64,000 nucleotides of DNA from NCBI GenBank assembly GCA_001873435.1, contig MNZB01000003.1, forward strand, positions 206,031 to 270,030, given 5' to 3'. How positions within the stretch are numbered: the stretch's first letter is position 1; the number at the start of each line of letters is the position of its first letter. The notes beneath the pieces were generated by a model. That model made no database searches. It was given only the letters and a program-made list of their open reading frames with translations, and had not been told where the DNA came from. Source of the stretch: Candidatus Pacebacteria bacterium CG2_30_36_39 (GTDB lineage: Bacteria > Patescibacteriota > Microgenomatia > UBA1400 > PJMF01). Of the stretch, positions 1-9,005 are shown one piece after another. The position numbers were made by a program, and so were the translations under genes.

Positions 1-1737
1 TGGATAGTAATAACATCAGTCATATTGTCCAAGTTTTCACCATTGACTGTAAATTTTTTGACTGTGGCACAGTCTTTTTGTTTACCACACTCAGTAAAAG
101 CATCAACAAACATAAAGCTACCATCGCCAACATAGGCAACATTGGTGTCATTAATTCTTTTTGGATCTGAGTTTTTAAAGTATCCTTTTAAATCAACATT
201 TAGAATTTTGGTGTTTTCCTTATTATTGAAATCAAGAATTTTAACTGCTCCAGTTTCATAATTTGTTAACCACATATATTTGCCGTCATAGGCAAGGTTG
301 CTGATATTCATTTTTTCAAATTCTGTGTCACCTAGTTTTTCTAATTTATCTGTTGGTAAATCATAGATATAGATACCATCACTAAAAACGCTTACTTCGC
401 ATGGCTCTGAACCACTACAGGTTTTTTCTTGAGACACTGGTCCTTTGATAATTAACCTGTCATAGCTGATGTAGCCACCAGCAAAAGTCCAAGCGGTAAC
501 AATGGGTAGCTTTTTGACAGTCAAAGTACTGCCGTCACATGACAAAGTGTAGATACGCCAATCCTCGCCAGTTGCTTTGCCATAGATAACTGCATGGGTC
601 TCATTTTGGAAGCGAGCAGCAATAGGATCATATGGGTAAGAAACGCTATAAAGTTCAATTGGTTTGTTGTCGTAACGTACTAATTGTCTACCACAAGCAG
701 AGTCAGGTGTTTGGAAAAAAGCGCCATCATGACCACCATAAACTATGGCTGTGCCTTGTGGAGAGATGACATAGTAACTATCGTCTGGCGCAGTGACTTG
801 ATCATAAACTTTTTCAGAATAACCGTTATAACTTACAAATGGGTCGTATTTATATAAGGCTCCACTTTTGACATAAAAAAGTTTGTTGTCACGAATCTCA
901 AATTTCTTGGGAAAACTTGCGTCATCCCAAATATTACTACCAGTAAAACGAATGTTTTCAGCTGGATCATAGAGAACCAGTTGCCTATTTTGAATTCCCA
1001 CCAACTTTTTTGGTTTATACTCTCTGAGTCCCATGGTTACAGTAGTGCCCTCTGGGGAGACCTTTAGTTCTTTGAAGGTGGTAGGAAACAAACCTGTGAC
1101 TCCATTAGATGATTCAAAGATTTGGTAATATTTTTGACCAAAAAAGTGTTGGTCAGCTGTTGGGCCATACTCATTATTGTAAGGACTCAGATAATAGGCT
1201 ACTTCATAATCGCCTTTGTCCAAGCCACTAAGCATAATTACTCCCTCGCCATCAGTTTCTAAGCTGATAAAGGGAAGTGTTTCTCCTTTGCGGCGAACAT
1301 TGATGCCTACTCCATCCTGGCCTTTTTCCCATTGTTCTTGTTTGCCATTGTCATTTAGATCAAACCAAAACTGGAATTTAACCATGCCAGCCGAAACTTT
1401 TTCTTCTGTACCAAACTTAGCAAAAAGCGTTTCTCCAATATCTGGCAAAGCCTGAGTTTGTTCTGGAGTTGGAGTTTTTTTCCAGGATGCTTTGGCATAA
1501 AAACCAACAGAGAAGAAGAATAATGCTATTAGAAAAGCACCAAAAATCCACATGGCAATTTTGATCATGCGTTTTCTTGCTATTTTTTTATCAGCATCAT
1601 CGTTGAAAGATTTTAGAATTGAAGTACCACCAGGATTTGTTTGTTCAGTTTTTGTTTCTTCTGGTTGTTCCAACCTAATTTTTGGAGTTGGAGAAACTTG
1701 GTTACTAGAGAAGGGTGAGCGTTGGAAAGAATCCATG
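1..1737 (-). CDS. Large N-terminally membrane-anchored extracellular protein; partial, runs off the window start
   Basis: Open minus-strand frame from ATG (revcomp of CAT at 1735-1737) to the window edge. The N-terminus has a charged stretch followed by one TM helix (IAMWIFGAFLIALFFF). The rest is Gly/Tyr/Asp-rich and repeat-like. It is not in the ORF track because it is truncated by the window. Confidence 0.45.
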
Positions 1738-1836
1738 TGTCTTATTATACGCACAATTTAATAATAAAAGAACAAATGGAGTTTTTTCAAAAAACTTGGT
1801 AATTATTAATATTTGTTAATTATAGATAGAAGAGCT

Positions 1837-1877
1837 CTGTAAACGTGAAAACAGGGTGGCTTTTGGCCACCCTGTTT
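1837..1877. terminator. 41-bp hairpin repeat, copy 1 (ctgtaaacgtgaaaacagggtggcttttggccaccctgttt); intrinsic terminator downstream of minus gene 1904..2452
   Basis: An 11-bp perfect stem (AACAGGGTGGC/GCCACCCTGTT) with a 5-nt loop. On the minus-strand RNA the stem is followed by UUUU. An identical copy lies at 2638-2678. Confidence 0.6.
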
Positions 1878-1903
1878 GTTTCTCACAAAGCACACAGGTG
1901 GGA

Positions 1904-2452
1904 TTAATCTTGCTTTCGGGCTACGGCAGCTGACAGCGCTGTAACCTTTGCAACTTTGCTTTTCTTGCGGCTCAGCGCGTTGCGTTCGCGAGTCATTTCC
2001 CGGATATTTTTCTGTAACTGATCGGTTTCCCGTTCAGCCATCTGCTCAACTTGTTCCGGAGTTTGTTGAAGCAGAACCAGGAGCTCTCTGGCTCCTTCGG
2101 TCACGTCCTTGACTTCTTTGCGAGCGGTTCGCAGATCCTTGCGCAGAACCTTGTTTTTCTTTTTTTCCTCTTCGAGCGCAGCCTGAGCTGCGTCTCCGAG
2201 TTCAACTCTTTCGAGGAGTCTGGCATTTTCAGCCATAAGAGCCTCGTATTCGTCGAGAGAAACAAGATCATCGAAGGTTGCCGCCAAGCGTCCGAAGACT
2301 TGCTTGTTGCCAGCCCATTGGGCGACTGATTTGGCGGTATTGCGAATTTTCCACTCGGTCCAGAAAGCGAAGAACTCAGAAAGCCAATGGCTAACTTTGT
2401 TCTGGCTCAGAACGATTTGTTCGAACTTCTTGACTTGGATGGGTTCGTCCAT
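1904..2452 (-). CDS. Hypothetical Ala/Glu/Arg/Lys-rich coiled-coil protein (unit A of the GC-rich module)
   Basis: 182-aa ORF in a ~57% GC region. A GAGGTG SD lies 4 nt upstream of the ATG. A promoter sits upstream and the hairpin terminator downstream. No recognisable catalytic motif. Confidence 0.5.
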   Translation of the reverse strand: MDEPIQVKKFEQIVLSQNKVSHWLSEFFAFWTEWKIRNTAKSVAQWAGNKQVFGRLAATFDDLVSLDEYEALMAENARLLERVELGDAAQAALEEEKKKNKVLRKDLRTARKEVKDVTEGARELLVLLQQTPEQVEQMAERETDQLQKNIREMTRERNALSRKKSKVAKVTALSAAVARKQD

Positions 2453-2555
2453 AGATCACCTCATGATTCTTGAATTAATCCTGTGTGTTGTGAAGGTGCG
2501 TCTTTGCGCGCTTGACTCCCATACGGGAATTGTTGCAGGCATCGACACATCTGTA

Positions 2556-2584
2556 ATTATAGCACAATAAGCCTATAATATCAA
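2556..2584 (-). promoter_or_regulatory. Sigma70-like promoter for unit A, read on the minus strand: TTGATA-17 nt-TATAAT with an upstream TG (extended -10)
   Basis: Revcomp of 2551-2590 reads ctaTTGATAttataggcttattgTGcTATAATtacag. The spacer is 17 nt. It lies about 100 nt upstream of the start at 2452. Confidence 0.5.
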
Positions 2585-2637
2585 TAGTAGAGATGTATTG
2601 GTTGAGTTTGAAAAAGAACGAAATTTATATATTTTGG

Positions 2638-2678
2638 CTGTAAACGTGAAAACAGGGTGGCTTTTGGCCACCCTGTTT
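2638..2678. terminator. 41-bp hairpin repeat, copy 2; intrinsic terminator downstream of minus gene 2746..3288
   Basis: Identical to 1837-1877. The stem-loop is followed by a T-tract on both strands (ttttgggg on plus). Confidence 0.6.
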
Positions 2679-2745
2679 TGGGGTATTACACTTGCACGGA
2701 GGAGAGAGGATCCAGCGCTATTCGATTGTAGCCGAGAGCCGCAGG

Positions 2746-3288
2746 TTACGCGCTGAGTTTTGAAGTCAGGGCGCGGACCTTGCGAGCCGAGGAGGTTGCC
2801 GAGCGGGACTGGCGGATGGTCTGGTTCACGAACGTCATGGAGACGGTCGCTTCCTTCTCAGCCTGTTCCATCCACTTGTCAACCTGATCGGGACTGATCT
2901 TGGCGAGTGTCAAGACCGTCTCGAACGCTTCTTGCTGTTCGCCGGCGAGGGCTTCAGCGCGTTCAGCGCGGGTCTTCATCGCGGGATATTTGTCCGCCAC
3001 GGCTTTGGCGCCGGCGAGAGCCTTGTTCAGGCGCTCGATTTCCTTGTTCGCGGTGCTGAGTTGGGACTCGAGACTGCGGACTTCGGAAATGTGGGCAAGG
3101 TGCTTCGGGAAGGAAGCGGCGATGCGACCGAATGAATCGGCATCGTGCAGGTCGGTCAGAGCGCCGAAGGCGGTCTGCAGATTGCTGGCTTCCTGGCGGG
3201 CTGCCAGGTTGGCGCGCATGGAGGCAAAGTTATCGGACAAGCCGAAAACGCCGGACGCGGGGACGATGGGTTCAAAAGTTTTGGTCAT
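2746..3288 (-). CDS. Hypothetical Ala-rich coiled-coil protein (unit B of the GC-rich module)
   Basis: 180-aa ORF at ~60% GC. An AGGAG SD lies 7 nt upstream of the ATG (revcomp of 3289-3310). It has its own promoter and terminator. The composition resembles phage scaffold or phasin-like proteins, but there is no diagnostic motif. Confidence 0.5.
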   Translation of the reverse strand: MTKTFEPIVPASGVFGLSDNFASMRANLAARQEASNLQTAFGALTDLHDADSFGRIAASFPKHLAHISEVRSLESQLSTANKEIERLNKALAGAKAVADKYPAMKTRAERAEALAGEQQEAFETVLTLAKISPDQVDKWMEQAEKEATVSMTFVNQTIRQSRSATSSARKVRALTSKLSA

Positions 3289-3349
3289 GGGTAGTACTCC
3301 TTGAGTTTTTTTTGGCTATTTAAAGCCGAATATGCAGTTTCACCTTTTT

Positions 3350-3423
3350 CTGAGTGCAGCGCACTCAGTATTTGGATTACGCAGTCAAAAACCTAAAAAT
3401 AAGTTTCTCACTGCGCAATCCAA
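3350..3423 (-). promoter_or_regulatory. Palindromic elements in the long 5' leader of unit B: a hairpin at 3350-3368 (ctgagtgc-agc-gcactcag) and a 14-bp inverted repeat at 3372-3385/3410-3423
   Basis: The hairpin has two perfect 8-bp arms (CTGAGTGC/GCACTCAG) around a 3-nt centre. TTGGATTACGCAGT pairs with ACTGCGCAATCCAA with one mismatch across a 24-nt spacer. Both lie between the predicted TSS (~3538) and the start codon at 3288. They could be operator-like or RNA structural elements. Confidence 0.3.
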
Positions 3424-3545
3424 TTTGGATCACAAGCAAAAAAATCAAAGAAGTAAAAACCTCTTTTCTATGTGCAATGTAAATGTGCGGTTGTTAGTGC
3501 CTTAGTGCATCGTAGTGATGCGTTAGGCGACTGACAACGAGGGGA

Positions 3546-3574
3546 AGTATAGCAAAATGAGCCTATAGTGTCAA
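3546..3574 (-). promoter_or_regulatory. Sigma70-like promoter for unit B, read on the minus strand: TTGACA-17 nt-TATACT
   Basis: Revcomp of 3541-3580 reads ctaTTGACActataggctcattttgcTATACTtcccc. The spacer (ctataggctcattttgc) is near-identical to the unit A promoter spacer (ttataggcttattgtgc). Confidence 0.5.
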
Positions 3575-3838
3575 TAGTTAAAATTATATCTGGTAGTGTA
3601 TTAGCAGTTTACCAGACTAAATATATATTTTATATTGTTATTATATATTTGTTATAAGACTGTTATTTCTATTACTATAACTATATATAAGTAGTCTTTG
3701 CTGACTAATTTGTGTTACTATATATTTGTAGTAAGCCAGTTGATTATCATTTTTCTTGTTTTTTATTGTGTGTCGTAATATTCACTTTTAAACAAAAAGC
3801 GAATGGGCTTAACTACCTAAAATGGATGAAAAAATGTT

Positions 3839-5812
3839 ATGAACACTCACGAATTTGTTGAATTTATTCTTTTTATTGGTATTTTTTTTACGGTTGCATC
3901 TCTATTGCAAGTGTTTGTAGAGAAAGTTAAATTCCCCTACACCGTTGCACTATTGATTTTGGGATTTTTTGTTCAATACCTCTCAAGAGTTTTTCATATC
4001 CCAATCCATGCAGAGCTAACTCCGGATTTTATTTTTTTCTTTCTTCTTCCCATTCTTTTGTTTGGGGCAGCAATGCATATTCGTTTACATCAATTCAAAC
4101 TCCAATTTAAAACAATAGCTTTTGCCGCTACCTTTGGTTTACTGTTATCAATTTTAATTGTGGGATTGGGAACAACTTGGTTATTGGGCTTACCCATAGA
4201 AGGAGCTTTTCTTTTTGGAGCTCTAATTTCTGCCACAGACCCAATTGCTGTTTTAGCAATTTTTAAAACTTTAGGCGCTCCCAAACGTTTATCTTTATTA
4301 GCAGACGGTGAAAGTATGTTCAATGATGCTACAGCCGTTATTTTATTTAGAATCTTAATTACCATAGTTTCTGGTGCGACTGTTTTTTCTAGTTATACTT
4401 TAGTTGAAGGTGTTGAAGAATTTTTTTATGTTTTCTTTGGTAGTATTGCTGCTGGACTAATCTTAGGCTATGGAGTGAGTTGGTTGGTTTCAAAAATCAA
4501 TAACTATGCTGTAGAAATGACTCTAACCATTGGTGCAGCTCTAATTGCCTTTACTGGTGCTGAATATTTTTTTCATCTATCTGGGGTTATTACTAGTGTA
4601 ATAGCTGGATTAGTAGTAGGAAACATGGGCAGATCTCGTTTTTCACCAAGTGTTGCCCATTTTATTAGCGAGCTATGGGAATATCTGGGTTACTTGGCTG
4701 TATCTGTGGTATTTTTCTTTGCTACTTTTTCACTTGATACAACTCAATTTTTATATAATCCGACTCGTTGGATGTTAGCCATAGGAATTGTGATTGTTGC
4801 CAGATCAATTTCTACTTATTTAACCTATGCCATTAGCAATGTTTTACCACTATTCAAAGATGAACCAACTGTGCCACTTAATTGGCAACATGTTCTCAAT
4901 TGGGGTGGATTGAGAGGAGTTATTCCACTGGTATTGGTTTTTTCTATTCCAGACTCTGTTTGGTATAAAGAGGATTTAACAATCTTTACTTTTGCAGTTT
5001 TATTATTTTCACTTTTTGTTAATGGCTTAACAATCAAATATTTATTAAAGTTTCTTGGTTTAAACATAACTAAAAAAGAAGTTCAGATTGCACAAATAGA
5101 AAAAGATATTTTTCGAATAGAAAAAGCTAAAAACATTCTCGCCTCTTTACCTAGTGGTGAATTTAATATTACCAATCTTAATGAAATGGATATTTTATTA
5201 AAAAATGAAGAAGCTTTGTATAAAAAACAATTAGACTCATTAGTAACAGTTGAGAGCTTAGAAAAGAGTTTGAGACTTGAGTTCATTTCTTTGCAACGTG
5301 AACATCTTGAAAGTTTATTTTGGCAGGGTTACGTAAGTGAAAATGTTATGTTGGAATTTGATGCGCGACTTGATTTATTGGAGGATGCTTTGGAATATCC
5401 AGAGGTATATAACAAAGAAAATTTTCGTTCAAAAAGCAGAATTACCGAGCGTGAATTATTTCGTAAACAATTATCTAGAGTGCGTCGAATCATGAGACGT
5501 TTGCCGTTTATTAAGAGACTTTTATTTAATGAAAACCAGCATTTGGTCACTGAACGCTTCTATTTACTCAAAGCCAGAATTATCACTAGCCGTGAAGTGC
5601 TCAAACAAATTGAAAGACTAGTTCCTTTATTTGCCAAAGAAGAAGCTGTGAAAGTATTGAAGAGTTTACAAGAAGAACATGAGATTTATATTGTCGATAA
5701 TACCTTAGAAATTAAAGAATTAAGACGTAAATATGGTAAATGGATTGATGAGTGTCAACAAAAATTATTAAGAAAGCTAATTCATCCCATTAACCCAAGT
5801 TTTATTGATTGA
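3839..5812 (+). CDS. Na+/H+ (cation:proton) antiporter, CPA1/NhaP-type, with a C-terminal cytoplasmic regulatory domain
   Basis: 657 aa. The N-terminal ~400 aa are polytopic membrane protein with NhaP-like motifs (ATDPIAVLAIF, GESMFNDA). The C-terminal ~250 aa are soluble. Confidence 0.75.
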   Translation: MNTHEFVEFILFIGIFFTVASLLQVFVEKVKFPYTVALLILGFFVQYLSRVFHIPIHAELTPDFIFFFLLPILLFGAAMHIRLHQFKLQFKTIAFAATFGLLLSILIVGLGTTWLLGLPIEGAFLFGALISATDPIAVLAIFKTLGAPKRLSLLADGESMFNDATAVILFRILITIVSGATVFSSYTLVEGVEEFFYVFFGSIAAGLILGYGVSWLVSKINNYAVEMTLTIGAALIAFTGAEYFFHLSGVITSVIAGLVVGNMGRSRFSPSVAHFISELWEYLGYLAVSVVFFFATFSLDTTQFLYNPTRWMLAIGIVIVARSISTYLTYAISNVLPLFKDEPTVPLNWQHVLNWGGLRGVIPLVLVFSIPDSVWYKEDLTIFTFAVLLFSLFVNGLTIKYLLKFLGLNITKKEVQIAQIEKDIFRIEKAKNILASLPSGEFNITNLNEMDILLKNEEALYKKQLDSLVTVESLEKSLRLEFISLQREHLESLFWQGYVSENVMLEFDARLDLLEDALEYPEVYNKENFRSKSRITERELFRKQLSRVRRIMRRLPFIKRLLFNENQHLVTERFYLLKARIITSREVLKQIERLVPLFAKEEAVKVLKSLQEEHEIYIVDNTLEIKELRRKYGKWIDECQQKLLRKLIHPINPSFID

Positions 5813-7157
5813 GTAGTTTTTGTCTTTGTAAATTCCAATATTTACCACGACGACACAAATATTTTTCATCTTCTGGATTTGCCAGAAGTTTTTCTACGGC
5901 AATTTCAAGTAGAAGAGTATTTTGCGAAGCTTTGACCAAGGCACAGTCATTTGGTTGAATTTTTGGTAATAGAAAATCAGCTGCTTTATGGGCATTGGAA
6001 AACCAATAAACAGGTGGTTTGCCATTTAGTTGTTCAAGATAAGGAAGAGCATATTCTTTCATCAATGGTCCAATTAAAATAATTAAATCAGCAATTTGAC
6101 TGGCTTTTTTTGCTATTTGCAGATGAGCTTGCTTGGCCTCGTCCCCCATCTCTCTCATATCACCAAGAACTGCAATTTTTCTTTTTGCTTGTAATTTATC
6201 AAGCAGTTCCAATAGCATTTCCATTGGTTTAACCGAGGCATTATAGGTACTGTCAAGAATATAGGAATTATTTTTTCCCTGAAAAAGACTAGATCTTCCT
6301 GGTGGATTAACTAGATTTTTTTCTAAAGCACTAACTGCTTCTTTTTGAGTAATGCCTAGAATTTTGGCTAAATTAAATACTGCTGCTAGGCTCAATCCAA
6401 ATTGTTCTGGTAGTACATGTTGAGGAAAGTTTAAAGAAAATTCTTTTAAGTCTTGTTTAAAAATAAACTTAGTTCCTTCAAAGGAAGTCTGCCAATTAAT
6501 GAGAAATGCTCCCTCATCTTCTTTATTTTTTTGGCCGAAAAATAATACTTGAGCTTTGGTTTTGTTAGAGAAGACTGAAACCTCACTATCATCTCTATTT
6601 AAAATTGCAAAACCATTTTTGGGTAATGAAGTAATTAATTTCCCCTTTTCTTGAGCAATGGCGTGAACAACTGCTTGTTTCTTTTTATTTTGATCAATCT
6701 CTTTAACTAAAGAATCAAATGCCTCGCTGTGAACAGCTTCAGCATTTAAAAATATTCCAATTTGAGGTTTTAAGAAACTCAATAAATAACTCATATTTTT
6801 GGGTGCAAAAGGACTATCAACTCCCATTTCTGCGACATAAATATCCACTGGTTGCCAATTAACTAGTAGTTGCCAAATTGCTTTAAAAGCAATCTTTGAC
6901 CAGGCTGCAATACTGAAATCTTGAGTTGTAATTCCGAGAATGTGGAGAGGCAGTCCTAGCTCTGAATTTGCCTTATGACTTACACTTATTTTTTTATTAG
7001 GCAAGGCTTTTAACACTGCTTCTATGGCATTTAGAACGCTGGTTTTACCGCTAGAACCAGTGATGCCAATAATTAGTGGTTTGGTTTTTCTAAGCTGTAA
7101 CTTGGCTAAATTTTTGATGTACCAAAGAAATAGTTTTAATAAAATATTTTTTACCAT
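5802..7157 (-). CDS. murF: UDP-N-acetylmuramoyl-tripeptide--D-alanyl-D-alanine ligase (Mur ligase family)
   Basis: 451 aa with the Mur ligase P-loop GITGSSGKTS, central domain and C-terminal domain. Length and domain order fit MurF. Confidence 0.7.
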   Translation of the reverse strand: MVKNILLKLFLWYIKNLAKLQLRKTKPLIIGITGSSGKTSVLNAIEAVLKALPNKKISVSHKANSELGLPLHILGITTQDFSIAAWSKIAFKAIWQLLVNWQPVDIYVAEMGVDSPFAPKNMSYLLSFLKPQIGIFLNAEAVHSEAFDSLVKEIDQNKKKQAVVHAIAQEKGKLITSLPKNGFAILNRDDSEVSVFSNKTKAQVLFFGQKNKEDEGAFLINWQTSFEGTKFIFKQDLKEFSLNFPQHVLPEQFGLSLAAVFNLAKILGITQKEAVSALEKNLVNPPGRSSLFQGKNNSYILDSTYNASVKPMEMLLELLDKLQAKRKIAVLGDMREMGDEAKQAHLQIAKKASQIADLIILIGPLMKEYALPYLEQLNGKPPVYWFSNAHKAADFLLPKIQPNDCALVKASQNTLLLEIAVEKLLANPEDEKYLCRRGKYWNLQRQKLLNQ

Positions 7158-7255
7158 ACACCAGATTGTAGCTTATCCATTGGCTTGTAAAAACCTTAAG
7201 AATTTGCCATACTCAATCTATCAATAGAATATATTTTTATTTAAAAAGGAAAAAA

Positions 7256-8107
7256 ATGAAAAAAACTGCATTAAAATTTGGCTTGGCTACCTTTGTTTTT
7301 ATAGCCTTAACATCTCCAGCTTTGGCTTTTGAAGTAGAAGTCGATCAAGCTGGTAATATGAAAATGTATGAGGGCTATGTTTTGGGTAGATCTACCGATG
7401 GTAGACCAGCTATTCGACAAGCGATGCCATCAAGAGCTCCATCTAGAATAGTGCCTGTTTCTTCTAATAAAGATATGGTGGTAACCATGGAAGCTGATGG
7501 GGCAAAAATTGAACTTAAAGATGATTTAGAGCAAACAGTTGTTGACGAGAAAGATGTTGTTAAAACCGAGAATTTAGAAGTGCGTTTTCCATCAAAAACT
7601 AAAAATATGACTGATGAGCAAAAGCAAAAGCTTAGTGAATATCAGGAAAAAATTCGTACTGCTAGACAAGAGCGTATTCAAGAAATGACTGAACTTCGTG
7701 AGCGTAAAAATGCTGATAGCAAAGCTTTGGAATTAAAGTCTAGGAATGTCAAAGCTCATATGAACGGTGCAGAGTTTGTTTATGATCCAACTACTGGTGA
7801 TGTTGCTCTTACAACCCCATCTGGCCAAACTCATGTTTTAACTCATTTGCCAGACCAAGCTTTGGCTAGAATGCAAGAAGCTGGATTAATTTCTGGCTTT
7901 GATTCAGAGAATCAGCAATTGGATGCTGTTGCCAATGATGATGGAGTTGAATATTCGTTAACTGTGGCAGAGAAGAAAAAATTCTTAAGCTTTTTCCCAA
8001 GAACAGTTGAACGTAAAGTTACTCTTGATGATGCTACTGGTGAGGTGAGTCAAGACTATACTTCTACTAGTTTCTTCACTCGTTTAATGGATAGATTGTC
8101 TTACTAA
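7256..8107 (+). CDS. Secreted hypothetical protein
   Basis: 283 aa with a signal peptide (MKKTALKFGLATFVFIALTSPALA). Charged, coiled-coil-prone body. No motif recognised. Confidence 0.45.
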   Translation: MKKTALKFGLATFVFIALTSPALAFEVEVDQAGNMKMYEGYVLGRSTDGRPAIRQAMPSRAPSRIVPVSSNKDMVVTMEADGAKIELKDDLEQTVVDEKDVVKTENLEVRFPSKTKNMTDEQKQKLSEYQEKIRTARQERIQEMTELRERKNADSKALELKSRNVKAHMNGAEFVYDPTTGDVALTTPSGQTHVLTHLPDQALARMQEAGLISGFDSENQQLDAVANDDGVEYSLTVAEKKKFLSFFPRTVERKVTLDDATGEVSQDYTSTSFFTRLMDRLSY

Positions 8108-8128
8108 AAGAAAAAAGTAATTAGATGG

Positions 8129-8158
8129 CCAGCCTCTTCATAAGGAGGCTGGTTTTTG
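8129..8158. terminator. Bidirectional intrinsic terminator between convergent genes
   Basis: ccagcctcctt-cata-aggaggctgg followed by TTTTT. Located between the stop of 7256..8107 (+) and the stop of 8167..8886 (-). Confidence 0.6.
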
Positions 8159-8166
8159 TTTAATAA

Positions 8167-8886
8167 CTATTTCATTTTTAAAAATTCAAGTCGAATGTCT
8201 TCTGGAAATTTTTCAATGGTATAGCGCAGCATTGTTCTTGGCATTTTAGTAGCATTGAGATAAAGAAAGTCTTTGAGAATTTGTTCGTTTCTTTTACCTA
8301 CTTCTCTCAACATCCAACCACTGGCTTTGTGGATTAAATCATGTCGGTCATTTAATACTTGTTTACCAATCTTTAGAATTTGTTTGAAATCATTGTTTTT
8401 AATAAATGGGAAGCAGGCAAGAATAGAAATTCTTCTTTCCCATAAATTATTTGAGCTAATTAAATTAAATATTTCTTTTTGTCTTTCAGGATTATTTAAA
8501 ATGTAATCCCCGATTATGTTTGGTGTTGTAACATCAACTAAATCCCAATTATTAATGTATTTACGTTGAGAAAAATATAAATTAAAGATTATTCCTTTTT
8601 GTTTTTCAGTCGCTTTTTTATATGCATAGACCATAGATAAAAGGCTAGTCAGTCTAATTTCATGGATTGGACTGGCAATGAGATTTTTTAAATCTGGCAA
8701 ATTAGTTAAAATCTTTGGAGCAAATTTTTGGGCGACTTTTCTTTGTTGTGGCACAGTAATTCCCCAAAAAATATCGCCTTCAGCATACTGACCTTTTCCA
8801 GTTTTAAAAAATCTCTGCAAAACTTTTGCTTTTTCTAGATTTTTAAGCTTTTCGAGGTCTTTAATGAGAGAGCTAGTCATTGTCAT
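8167..8886 (-). CDS. DNA alkylation repair protein (AlkD/AlkC-like HEAT-repeat family)
   Basis: 239-aa all-helical protein. Sequence features resemble the DNA_alkylation family (e.g. FFKTGKGQYAEGDIFWGI, WDLVD). Confidence 0.5.
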   Translation of the reverse strand: MTMTSSLIKDLEKLKNLEKAKVLQRFFKTGKGQYAEGDIFWGITVPQQRKVAQKFAPKILTNLPDLKNLIASPIHEIRLTSLLSMVYAYKKATEKQKGIIFNLYFSQRKYINNWDLVDVTTPNIIGDYILNNPERQKEIFNLISSNNLWERRISILACFPFIKNNDFKQILKIGKQVLNDRHDLIHKASGWMLREVGKRNEQILKDFLYLNATKMPRTMLRYTIEKFPEDIRLEFLKMK

Positions 8887-9005
8887 TGATTAACTTTAAC
8901 ACAACTATCAAGAACTGATATTTAAACATCAAGGGATACGAGATATAATTAAAATACTCCCTTTAGGGTAGTTGTTTTGTTTATTAAATTATTAAAGGAA
9001 ATTTC

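Noticed and set aside
2051-3323. Plus-strand ORFs 2051..2329, 2304..2570, 2900..3304, 2932..3135 and 3132..3323 overlapping the two GC-rich minus-strand genes
   Set aside because: High GC inflates random ORF length. Promoters, SD sequences and terminators all support minus-strand expression. The plus-strand ORFs have no RBS, and several (e.g. 3132..3323) are Arg/Trp-rich, as expected from translating GC-rich antisense sequence.
4090-5550. Minus-strand ORFs 4090..4365, 4825..5067, 5083..5286 and 5329..5550 inside the antiporter gene
   Set aside because: Antisense to a long, well-supported membrane-transporter CDS in AT-rich sequence. No independent signals.
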